64,000 bases of DNA from an uncultured Verrucomicrobiae bacterium (lineage in GTDB: Bacteria > Verrucomicrobiota > Verrucomicrobiia > Chthoniobacterales > JAATET01). The stretch lies in NCBI GenBank assembly GCA_963719495.1, contig CAVRCI010000013.1, positions 512,001 to 576,000 on the forward strand, read 5' to 3'. Positions 38,665 to 47,549 of this stretch are shown piece by piece. Under the pieces are notes generated by a model. The model had not been told where the DNA came from, ran no database searches, and worked only from the letters and a program-made list of their open reading frames with translations. The position numbers and the translations under genes were made by a program. The stretch's first letter is position 1; each line of letters begins with the position of its first letter.

Positions 38665-39996
38665 CTACCCCCTCACAAACCCCCAAACCCGCCACCCCAT
38701 CCAGACCGCCGCGATCGCCAGACCCACCGTCAGCCCCAACCAAATTCCCACCGCCCCCATCCCCAGGCCAAACGCCAACGCCGCCCCCAGCGGCAGCGCC
38801 ACCACCCAATAAGCCGCCAGCGCGATCCAGGCCGGAATCCGCACGTCGTTCATCCCCCGCAGACACCCCGCCGCGGTGATCTGAATTCCGTCGCTCACCT
38901 GAAAAATCCCCGCCAGCACGAGTAGATTTGCCGCGATTCCGATCACCGCCGAATCCTGAATGAACCACCCCGCAATCACGCTCCCCGCCAGCAGAAACGT
39001 CACCGCGCTCAGGACCATCACGCCCGCGCCCATCACCAATCCGCCCGTCACGATCGGCTTCAATCGCGCCCGCTCGTCCGCGCCCCACGCCTCGCCGACC
39101 CGCACCGTGAGAGCCATCGAGATCCCCAGCGGCACCATGAACGTCGTCGCCGCGCAAGTGATCGCCACCTGGTGAGCCGCCAACGCCTCCGCCGAGATCC
39201 ACCCGATCATCACCGTCGCCGCCACGAACGCCCCCACCTCCGCCAGCAACTGCACACTCGTCGGCAACCCCACCCGCAACAGACTCCGCATCACCACCCA
39301 GTCTGGCCACCGCAACCACCGCCGCGGCACCCATTCGCCGAAATTCCCCCACCGCGCCGTCCATCCCAACAGCGCCACCACGTCGACCGCCCGCGCAATG
39401 AGCGTCGCCCAGCCCGCCCCCTCCAGCCCCATCGCGGGCGCACCCAGGTTCCCGTAAATCAGAACCCAGTTGAGAAAAACGTTCAGCCCCACTCCCCCGA
39501 GCAGAATCCAGAACGCCCCCCACGGCCGGTTCATCGCGTCCGCAAAATTCTTGAAAACCATGCACGCCAACCCCGGCGCCAGCGACGCCATCACGATGAG
39601 ATAATACCCCCGTGCCGCCTCCGCCACCGCCGCGTCCTGACCCAACATCCCGAGAAACGGCTGCGTGACGAAGCCACCCACCAGCGCCAACCCGCCAAAC
39701 AAAAACGACAGATACAGCCCGTTCCGCACCGCCCCGCGCGCCCCCGCCACGTCCCCGGACCCCCGGGCCTGCGACACCCGGATCGAGACCGACACCAGCA
39801 CCCCGATCCCAGCGATGAGCGGGATGTGAACCAGCGTCATCGCCAACGTCGCCGCGGCCAGCGGCACCACCCCAAGCTGCCCGATCATCACCGTATCGAC
39901 GACGCCCATCAGCATCTGGCTCACCTGCCCGGCCACCAGCGGCACCGCCAACACCACCGTCCCCCGCGCCTCGCGCAAAATCGAATCTAAAGCCAT
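38665..39996 (-). CDS. MATE family efflux transporter
   Basis: LAVP..QMLMGVVDTVMIG, GLEGAGWAT, LAAHQVA, FQVSDGIQ, LRGMND. Confidence 0.93.
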   Translation of the reverse strand: MALDSILREARGTVVLAVPLVAGQVSQMLMGVVDTVMIGQLGVVPLAAATLAMTLVHIPLIAGIGVLVSVSIRVSQARGSGDVAGARGAVRNGLYLSFLFGGLALVGGFVTQPFLGMLGQDAAVAEAARGYYLIVMASLAPGLACMVFKNFADAMNRPWGAFWILLGGVGLNVFLNWVLIYGNLGAPAMGLEGAGWATLIARAVDVVALLGWTARWGNFGEWVPRRWLRWPDWVVMRSLLRVGLPTSVQLLAEVGAFVAATVMIGWISAEALAAHQVAITCAATTFMVPLGISMALTVRVGEAWGADERARLKPIVTGGLVMGAGVMVLSAVTFLLAGSVIAGWFIQDSAVIGIAANLLVLAGIFQVSDGIQITAAGCLRGMNDVRIPAWIALAAYWVVALPLGAALAFGLGMGAVGIWLGLTVGLAIAAVWMGWRVWGFVRG

Positions 39997-40074
39997 GACC
40001 GCGCCATCACGATCCCACTGAATCACCAAGCCGCTTCGATTGACAGACGGCGCGCACGTTTCTAAACCGATTCC

Positions 40075-40965
40075 ATGATTCTGGTGTGCGGCGCGACGGG
40101 AATGTTCGGCGGACGGGTCCTCGACCACCTCCTCGCCGACGGCCAGCCCGCCCGCGCCCTCACCCACTCACCAGCCAAAGCCGACGACCTGCGCCGCCGC
40201 GGAGCCGAAGCCGCCGTCGGCGATCTGGATGCGCCGACGACCCTCCCTGCCGCCCTCGACGGCATCGACCGCGTCTTCCTCGTGTCGCCCATGGACGATC
40301 GGATCGAGGCCCGCGAGACCGCCCTCGTCGACGCCGCCCGACGCTCCGGCGTCCAGCACGTCGTCAAGATCTTCGGTGCCGTCCGGCATCGCGGCGACCC
40401 ACTCATCACCCAACACGAACGCGTCATCGACCACCTCTCAGCCTCCGGCGTCCCCTGGACCCTCGTCTCTCCCAACACCGTCATGGAATCCAACCTCCGG
40501 CCCGCCGCCGAGACGATCCGCACGATGGACACGATCTTCGGTGCGGCCGGCGATGGCCGAATCGGGATGGTCGCCCTCGACGACTGCGCCCGCGCCGCCG
40601 CCACCGTCCTCACCACCGACCCCGCCGCGCACGCGGAGCAGAACTACGAAATCACCGGCCCGGAAGCCGTCACCTTCGCCGAGATCGCCGCCCACTTCAC
40701 CCGGATCCTCGGCCGCCCCATCACGTATCAGGATATGCCCGTCGACGACTTCGGCGAGATGCTCGTCACCGAAGCCGGCTTCGATCCCGCCACCCTCGAG
40801 ACCGACGTCCTCTGCCACTTCCGCGCCTTCCACCGCGGCGACGCCGACCTCGTCACCGACACCTTCACCCGCCTAACCGGCCACCCCGCCACCACCCTCG
40901 ACACCTTCATCAACGCGAACCGCACCAGCTTCCAGCCGCCCGGCACCGCACCGCCCACCCCGTAG
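40075..40965 (+). CDS. NmrA-like/atypical SDR NAD(P)-binding oxidoreductase
   Basis: ILVCGATGMFG, YEITGPEAVT. Confidence 0.88.
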   Translation: MILVCGATGMFGGRVLDHLLADGQPARALTHSPAKADDLRRRGAEAAVGDLDAPTTLPAALDGIDRVFLVSPMDDRIEARETALVDAARRSGVQHVVKIFGAVRHRGDPLITQHERVIDHLSASGVPWTLVSPNTVMESNLRPAAETIRTMDTIFGAAGDGRIGMVALDDCARAAATVLTTDPAAHAEQNYEITGPEAVTFAEIAAHFTRILGRPITYQDMPVDDFGEMLVTEAGFDPATLETDVLCHFRAFHRGDADLVTDTFTRLTGHPATTLDTFINANRTSFQPPGTAPPTP

Positions 40966-40983
40966 AAGCGGAGGTCACGACGC
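40951..40983 (+). repeat. 33-bp direct repeat, left copy (GTAG-type REP-like)
   Basis: CCGCCCACCCCGTAGAAGCGGAGGTCACGACGC; 31/33 identical to 50297-50329. Confidence 0.85.
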
Positions 40984-41563
40984 TCACGCTCATTAATCGC
41001 TACGCCCGCACCGCCGGCACCGACCTCGGCCTGTCCATTGCATCCAAGCGGTTGCCCTCCCGATTCGAGCGGACTGCCGCAAACATGACCGGCAGGACCT
41101 CGCCGCCCAAACGGCTTTGTCTTCCCAAATTGAGCCATCGCCCGGCGGCGATCCGTGGTGAAGTCGCAATTCGATTCGAAATCGCCCAAAACCGATCGCC
41201 ACCGCTCGTCTAGTCTCACCGTTTCACGCCTCCCAATCCCCGCTTCATTCCGGACAACATCGGCGCGTCCCATTCTAAACCTCCTCCTCAAGATTACCGG
41301 TTAGTCCAAGCGCCCACGGCCCGAATCCGAACTCTACGACCTCGTCCTCGAGCCGCAGGAACGCCAAACGTTATTAACAAGGTCGGCTCTGAGGTCATCT
41401 GAATCGTTTTGAAACAGCGCAGACAATTGGGTGACGGCGACCGGCGACACCGCCGCGAAATACGGAGCTCGATAGATCCCAATGACTCACCAGCCTACCG
41501 CGTGGTGTGGAAGAACTTCCCGCCTACGTCCGAATCCTCACCCCGCGGCATTCGACGCCAGTT

Positions 41564-42445
41564 TCACGCTGGCGGCATCGGAGTTGCCAGATCCTGCCGC
41601 TTGAGTTCGTCCAGTGTCCGCCCGTCCTCCGCCTTCCACTCCAGCCAGCCGTTAGCCGCGCGCCCCATCAATGCGATTGCCGCCATGCTCGGCGAGCGGA
41701 ACAGGTGATCCTTCTCGAAGACAACGGAATCCCCGTCGATTCGCATCACGCCGGACGTGAACAGCGCCTTGCGAATACGCTCGCCGGAGGAACCCGCCAT
41801 CGATGGCACGTTCGTTTTTCGACCCAAGGAAACTTTCAGCACGACGAATCCTTCCCGCGTGTAGAGCCCGCGCCCATTGGTGCCCGAGCCCCGACAGTGG
41901 AACGTCTCGCTTTCCTCCGGTCGTAAGGTCGGGGCGGCCACCGCTTCAAAAACCGGATACCCGAGGGTGGCGAGTAGCGCCTCCCCCGTTTCGAAGATCT
42001 CGAGGCAATCCGCTTCGAGCGGTGCGGGGGTGTGCGGTTTGCTGCCCGCGTTGCCGTTCTCATCGGCGAACCGCCCCGCTCGCCGCGTCGCTTGGAGACA
42101 ATGCCACTCCAGGAACAGCGCGTGGGTCTGCGTCAAGCTGTTCGTGCGAGAGATCAAGACCAACGCCTTCTGCCAGAAATCCTTCTCCCGGTTGTGGCTC
42201 ACAAGCCGGGATCTCAGATCACCCGTCTGCCCGAGATAAACCCTCTGCTCTTCCCCGTCCCTCCCTTCTCCGAAGAGAAAATAAACCGCGACTTGCCCGC
42301 TCTCCGGCATTTTGAGAAACGCCGGAAGCAGACTCCGCGGCACCTCGATCACCTGAACAATCCGCGTCGTGATCTCCGCGACACGAATCCCCTGCGGATC
42401 CCCGCCGGGTAAAAAAATTTGGATGGTTTTCGGTCGCACGCTCAT
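41564..42445 (-). CDS. GIY-YIG nuclease + DUF4357 protein
   Basis: KTIQIFL, VYFLFG, VYLGQT, RLVSH; C-terminal FRSPSMAAIALMGRAANGWLEWK. Confidence 0.85.
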   Translation of the reverse strand: MSVRPKTIQIFLPGGDPQGIRVAEITTRIVQVIEVPRSLLPAFLKMPESGQVAVYFLFGEGRDGEEQRVYLGQTGDLRSRLVSHNREKDFWQKALVLISRTNSLTQTHALFLEWHCLQATRRAGRFADENGNAGSKPHTPAPLEADCLEIFETGEALLATLGYPVFEAVAAPTLRPEESETFHCRGSGTNGRGLYTREGFVVLKVSLGRKTNVPSMAGSSGERIRKALFTSGVMRIDGDSVVFEKDHLFRSPSMAAIALMGRAANGWLEWKAEDGRTLDELKRQDLATPMPPA

Positions 42446-42482
42446 CGATTTGCCCGCTTGATAACCTGCTTGTCGCGGATTT

Positions 42483-43736
42483 TCAGGCGCGGAATTGCAT
42501 TTGCTCGGCGGTCGGATCGTATTCGTAATGCTGGATTTGGTCCGAAGCGATGAGGGCCAGAGCGTGCTGGATGACAGGCCACGGCACCGAAAACCATTCG
42601 GTTGCCTTTTTGATCTGCCCGTCCGCATCGATGACGTCGATGTCGAGCCGCGCCTTCGCAAACACCGCATGGATGACCTGTTCCAACCCGAAGACCGGCA
42701 GATTGGCCGTCTTCGCGGTGGCCACGACCTCCACCGGAGCGCAGAGGTAGGTGACGAACTTCTCCGCACCCGCGATCCGTTGCGCCACGGGCGTCGTGGT
42801 GAACCCGATCTTGTGCAGATTCGAAATCGCCTCGACTTGCGGCGCGGTCGACTTGGATCGCAGCACGTAAATCCAGCCCGAGACCTGATCTTCCACCGTG
42901 ATGTCGGGATCGGGGAACAAATCGAAACTCGTTTCAGTGATCATCAGCCCACCCTTGTAGAGTTCCGTCGACAGTGACCGCAGCAGCATGTCGGACTCGC
43001 GCTCGTTGACGAAGATGAGCCGCAGCCGGGTATTCGTTTTGCCCTTGTGTTTGTAGGGCGTGCCCGTCGCGGCCACGTAGCAAAGAAGGCCACCGAGAAC
43101 GTAAAATTTCCCCGGCTCGATGTGCTGCTCGTTTTTAAAAGGAACCGCCTTTCGGACGCCGGACTTCAGATCGGCCAGGCACCGGTCGAAGAGCGGGCGA
43201 AACGCATCGAAGTCGGCGCAGGTTTTGCGCTGCGCGACATGGTCGGGCATCTCCTGATCTTTCTTCGGCTTTTTGGCGAAGCGGCCGCCGAAGAGCGCTT
43301 TCTCCTTCGGCTCGGCTCCCATGATTCGGGCGAAGGCTCGACTCCCCGCAATCCCCTTGAGGGCGTCTGGGACGACGGGTTGCGGCGCGGTGGGCGGAAA
43401 TTTCTTTTCAAGGGAAGCTTCCGTCGGTCGCAGCTCGTAGCCCGTCGCCTCGCAATACCTCGCGATGATCCCGCTCACATCGTGCGGCGCGAGGAACGTC
43501 CGTTTTTCTTCATCCTCGACGATGCCCCGCAGTCGCGACGCGAGCTTGCGTTCCGCAATCGAGCGATCCCGCTCCGGCAGTCGGTCGTTCAGTTCGACGA
43601 AATCCTGGATCTCCCGGAATCCCGCCAGAAACACCGACTTTTCCGGTGTCGGTTCCTTCGCTGGATCGGGTTCGTCGAGCTGGTGCTTCGCGAGAAACAC
43701 GCCCACCTTCGCCAAAATGTCCGGGTGCAGTGGCAT
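42483..43736 (-). CDS. YeeC-like T5orf172/GIY-YIG-superfamily nuclease
   Basis: ERKLASRL, RLRLIFVNERESDML, GWIYVLRS, KIGFT, EWF. Confidence 0.8.
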   Translation of the reverse strand: MPLHPDILAKVGVFLAKHQLDEPDPAKEPTPEKSVFLAGFREIQDFVELNDRLPERDRSIAERKLASRLRGIVEDEEKRTFLAPHDVSGIIARYCEATGYELRPTEASLEKKFPPTAPQPVVPDALKGIAGSRAFARIMGAEPKEKALFGGRFAKKPKKDQEMPDHVAQRKTCADFDAFRPLFDRCLADLKSGVRKAVPFKNEQHIEPGKFYVLGGLLCYVAATGTPYKHKGKTNTRLRLIFVNERESDMLLRSLSTELYKGGLMITETSFDLFPDPDITVEDQVSGWIYVLRSKSTAPQVEAISNLHKIGFTTTPVAQRIAGAEKFVTYLCAPVEVVATAKTANLPVFGLEQVIHAVFAKARLDIDVIDADGQIKKATEWFSVPWPVIQHALALIASDQIQHYEYDPTAEQMQFRA

Positions 43737-43739
43737 GGC

Positions 43740-45677
43740 TCAGGCGAGTTCCAGGTCCTCCGTCGCGTTCGCCTCGAGGTAAAGCTGCCGCGCCTTCTGC
43801 ACCATCAACCCGAGCCGCAATTCGAACTGATCCTTCGATTTGTAGCTCGGCAGGCAACCGTGATGGGCTTCGAACGCTTCCACCAAGTGCCAGTTGGCGT
43901 TAATCTCTTCCGCGGTGATCCTTGCTTTCTGCGTCGCCAGCACCCCTTGCACGGATTCCAGCACGTCTTTGTCGAGAGACTTCGACAGCACTTCGTAGGC
44001 GTGCTGGAAGGGGTTGATCTTGTAGATCATATCGATGTGAAGGTCGTCGAGATCGACGAACTTGTTGGCGAAATTGATGAACTTCTTATCGCCTTCCTGC
44101 ACCTGCTTGCCGTGGGAAAACAACGTGTCCGCCAGCACGTGGTCGGTGACTTCGCCGACCTCCTGCTGCGTGAGGTCGGGGAAGGTTTCCATCACAATTT
44201 TCGGGATGAGCTGCTTGTTCACCAACGCCGCTTCGGTCTGGTTGATGATCGCTTTTTGGAGGTCCGGCGACCCGAGGATGGCCGCCTTCAATTGCCCGAG
44301 CTTGGTATCGACGATCTTCTGCACCTTCTCGGTGGACGGCGTCTCGAGTCCCTTGATCGCGATGGTGTTGCCCTGCTTCCCCGGCTCGTTCGGATCGACC
44401 TTTGGCTTGAATTTGAAGATCGGCGCCATCACCTGCTCCATGAGCAACGAGCACGTGATCGCCTTGAGCATGTCGTTCACCGCCTCGGCGACCTCGTCGC
44501 TCTCGGCGTTCGGCTCGGCCACCAGATTCGTGAACTGCGCGTGACTTTTGTTCGGCGAATCCCGCGTGCATCGCCCGATGATCTGAACCACCTCCGTGAG
44601 CGATCCCCGGTAGCCAATCGTCAACGAATGCTCGCAGTATTTCCAATCGAAACCCTCCTTCGCCATCCCCAGAGCAATGATGATGTCCATCTCGTCCTCG
44701 CCGGTGATTTCGGCGAGATGGCGCTTCACCCGCGCCCGCTTCTCGTCGTCGTCGGTCACCAAGTCGGCCACCCGCACATCTTTCCCAGCCGCGGTCGTGA
44801 GTGTGATCACGCCCGTCTTCTCGTCGGTGCGGGCATTGGTCCCGATGACGTCCATGATGTCGCCCAGCATGGTGTATTTGTCCGCGTAAGCCTCGCGCGC
44901 GTTCACGCTTGGGATGTGGACAATCGTTTTGCGTTCGACGTCGAGCACCCCAGCCAGCGCGCTGATGTATTTACCCTGGTAAAAATGGTAGCCGATCCCG
45001 AGCGACTTCAGGTGTTCGTAGCCATTGAGCTGCTCGTAGTAGTCGTAAATGACGTCGTGAAATTTCCCTTCGTTCTCAGCGGAGAGGATCGCCACGTTGT
45101 CGCCGCGGAAATACGACCCCGTCATCGCGACCACGTGCGCGTTCGTCGTGGTCATGATGCGGTCCAGGCAATCGCCGAGCACGTTCTCGCCCTCCGTCGA
45201 GACGTGGTGGAACTCATCGATCCCGATCAACGTGTTCGCGAACGCTTCGACGCCGAGCTTGGCGACAGCCAGGCGAAACGTCGCGTGCGGGCAAACGAGC
45301 ACCCGGGCAAATGGGTCCTTCAGAAATTCCGTGAACGTCGCGACCTTGGCCTGATTTCCCTCCGACAGACAGAGATCCACGTCGAGCGTCCAATCCGCCC
45401 AGAATCCGTCGTTCGACAGCGCCACGTCCCGAAAGGAAGCGCCGATCGATTGCTCCGGCACGGCAATCACCACCTTCTTGATTCCCTGGTTTGCCAGCTT
45501 GTCGAGCGCCAGGAACATCATCGCCCGGCTCTTGCCACTGGCCGGCGGAGCCTTGAGCAAAATGTATTGGTGGGTCCGGGCCTCGTAGGCGCGGGCCTGC
45601 ATCTCGCGCATCCCCAAGACGTCGGTTTTCGCGCTGACTCCCGTCTGCTCGTATTCGATCTCGATGAGGTTCGGCAT
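43740..45677 (-). CDS. YeeB-like SF2 helicase
   Basis: GMREMQARAY, KAPPASGKS, DEFHH, MTGSYFRGD, MAKEGFDW, QIIGRCTRD. Confidence 0.88.
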   Translation of the reverse strand: MPNLIEIEYEQTGVSAKTDVLGMREMQARAYEARTHQYILLKAPPASGKSRAMMFLALDKLANQGIKKVVIAVPEQSIGASFRDVALSNDGFWADWTLDVDLCLSEGNQAKVATFTEFLKDPFARVLVCPHATFRLAVAKLGVEAFANTLIGIDEFHHVSTEGENVLGDCLDRIMTTTNAHVVAMTGSYFRGDNVAILSAENEGKFHDVIYDYYEQLNGYEHLKSLGIGYHFYQGKYISALAGVLDVERKTIVHIPSVNAREAYADKYTMLGDIMDVIGTNARTDEKTGVITLTTAAGKDVRVADLVTDDDEKRARVKRHLAEITGEDEMDIIIALGMAKEGFDWKYCEHSLTIGYRGSLTEVVQIIGRCTRDSPNKSHAQFTNLVAEPNAESDEVAEAVNDMLKAITCSLLMEQVMAPIFKFKPKVDPNEPGKQGNTIAIKGLETPSTEKVQKIVDTKLGQLKAAILGSPDLQKAIINQTEAALVNKQLIPKIVMETFPDLTQQEVGEVTDHVLADTLFSHGKQVQEGDKKFINFANKFVDLDDLHIDMIYKINPFQHAYEVLSKSLDKDVLESVQGVLATQKARITAEEINANWHLVEAFEAHHGCLPSYKSKDQFELRLGLMVQKARQLYLEANATEDLELA

Positions 45678-45686
45678 GCGTCTTCG

Positions 45687-47549
45687 TCAGGCTCCGGAGT
45701 TACCCCTGGGTGTGCGGTAAGCCTGGTCGGGATGTTTCTCCATGTCGCGGTGAGTGTATTCGAGTTCCTTCGCCCGCACCATCGGCGACAGGTGCTCGCG
45801 CTTGAGCGACACCACGTTGCGGTCGTTCAGCAATCTGGCGAGCTGATTGGCACTCAGTTCCCGCCACGCGCACAATTCCAGAATGACCGAGCGGATCCGA
45901 TGCCCCGGCCGCCCGCCGAGTCGATCGATTCGCCGCTGGATGGCCGCGGGCAGAGTGGTCGCCAAAGTATCATGCCCGCGGGCGGAAGTATCATGCCCAG
46001 TGGCTAAAGTATCATGCTTTTCGCCTAAAGTAGCATGCTCACTCCCGCCTCTCCCGCCCACGTCTTCGGGGAAGTCGGCTCCCGCGACGTAGTAGGTGGC
46101 CGTTCCCTTACCCTTCTGAGTCAGCAACTTCAGGTCCCGCAATTTCCGCAAATCGTTGCTCGCCGTCAGCACGTCGCAGTCGGTCAGTTGCCGCAGAGTC
46201 GGATTGTCGATGGCCCCCTGCTCCCGCAGAAAAATCAAAGCCACCCGCTGGCTGTCCGACAACGCGGCGTCGATCTGACCCAGCCACTCGATGTCGGCTT
46301 CCGACAAGAAGTGGTGCAAGAGGAGGCGGGTGATGAAGTGATTGTCCGAACGACTCGATTCGAAGGTCGGCAGGCTGAACCCATTCTCCTGCATCAATCG
46401 CCGCATCGTCCGAATGCCGCTTCCCTTGGTTTCCGCCGTGTTCGTCTCGTGGAAAATCGCCGCCAGGTTCGGATTGCGCGGCTCCGAACCCGTCTGCCCC
46501 AGCGCGTCCTCGTTCTTGATGGAAAATCCCGCGTTCTTGATTTCGATCCGGTTGCTGTAGCGAATCACCTGCGTCGGCTGGTGCTCCCGATACGACCGGT
46601 GCATGAGCGCATTCACGATGGCTTCGCGGATGACCCGCGCCGGCAACGTCGGCGTATCCGCCTGATTCCGCCCCTCCTTGAGGTCGAATCCCTTCGGTAG
46701 ATCGTCCATCACCGCCGCCGAGATTCGATCCACGAGCTGGAGCAACGGCCCCCGCATGTCCACGGTCGTCACAAACCTCCGATCGGGATCTTCGACCCAC
46801 TCTTTCCCGGCCACCCGGATGTAATCGACCCGCACGACCGGCAGCTCCCGCCGCAGCGCCAGTCGCGAGCCGAAGATCAGCAAGCCCGTGAGCGTCGGGT
46901 GCCACTCACCACTCTGTTCCCGGATGGCGTTCAGCGAAGCCAGCAGATCGTGGTCGTTGAAACTCAGCTCCTCCGCCTGCGGATTCGCGCGTCGGCGCAG
47001 CTCGCGATAGTGCTCGATCGCGTCCGGGTCGAAATCCCCGGCCGTCGAATGCCGCAGCACCATCAAGTCCGGACTCTCCTCCTGCCGCGAGCCGAAGAAC
47101 ACCACCATGTCGTCCTCCGTGCAGCGTTGATCGGACGATCCGATGCGCCGCCAAGCTCCGAGCGGCAGATGCTGCTTTCGAAAATACACCGGCTTCTCCG
47201 ACGGTGCCCGCTCCTCGATCTCGACGATGAGAACCACCTTTTCCCGATAGACCTCCGGCACGATGCGCGGTCGAATCGGCACGTTGAAGATCGAGCCGCA
47301 GCCGGTCGCGATGTCGCTCTGTAGCTTGTCGGGGTCCGCCACTCCCACCACCTCATACCCCCCAAACCAATCTCCCTCCGCCGTCCCGACCCCGAGCAGA
47401 ATGCGCCCCCCACCCTGACCCGGCTCGTTCGCAAATGCGCAGACCGTCTCGAAGAAGGAATTGCCGAGCTGGCCCGACGAACACGCCTTGGCCTCCAGCG
47501 TCGGGTGCTCGTCCAGAAGATTGAGATCCTTGAGGAGGTCCTCGATCAT
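45687..47549 (-). CDS. AlbA_2(Schlafen-like)-HATPase-HTH protein
   Basis: LEAKA, ETVCAFANEPG..ILLGV, REAIVNALMHRSY, RNPNLA, GSGIRTM, C-terminal wHTH GKGTATYY. Confidence 0.85.
   Translation of the reverse strand: MIEDLLKDLNLLDEHPTLEAKACSSGQLGNSFFETVCAFANEPGQGGGRILLGVGTAEGDWFGGYEVVGVADPDKLQSDIATGCGSIFNVPIRPRIVPEVYREKVVLIVEIEERAPSEKPVYFRKQHLPLGAWRRIGSSDQRCTEDDMVVFFGSRQEESPDLMVLRHSTAGDFDPDAIEHYRELRRRANPQAEELSFNDHDLLASLNAIREQSGEWHPTLTGLLIFGSRLALRRELPVVRVDYIRVAGKEWVEDPDRRFVTTVDMRGPLLQLVDRISAAVMDDLPKGFDLKEGRNQADTPTLPARVIREAIVNALMHRSYREHQPTQVIRYSNRIEIKNAGFSIKNEDALGQTGSEPRNPNLAAIFHETNTAETKGSGIRTMRRLMQENGFSLPTFESSRSDNHFITRLLLHHFLSEADIEWLGQIDAALSDSQRVALIFLREQGAIDNPTLRQLTDCDVLTASNDLRKLRDLKLLTQKGKGTATYYVAGADFPEDVGGRGGSEHATLGEKHDTLATGHDTSARGHDTLATTLPAAIQRRIDRLGGRPGHRIRSVILELCAWRELSANQLARLLNDRNVVSLKREHLSPMVRAKELEYTHRDMEKHPDQAYRTPRGNSGA

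Noticed and set aside
40984..41560. Possible gene remnant in the island's left spacer (ELYDLVLEPQER, reminiscent of sulfatase C-termini)
   Set aside because: Too short and interrupted by stops; cannot be supported without a search.
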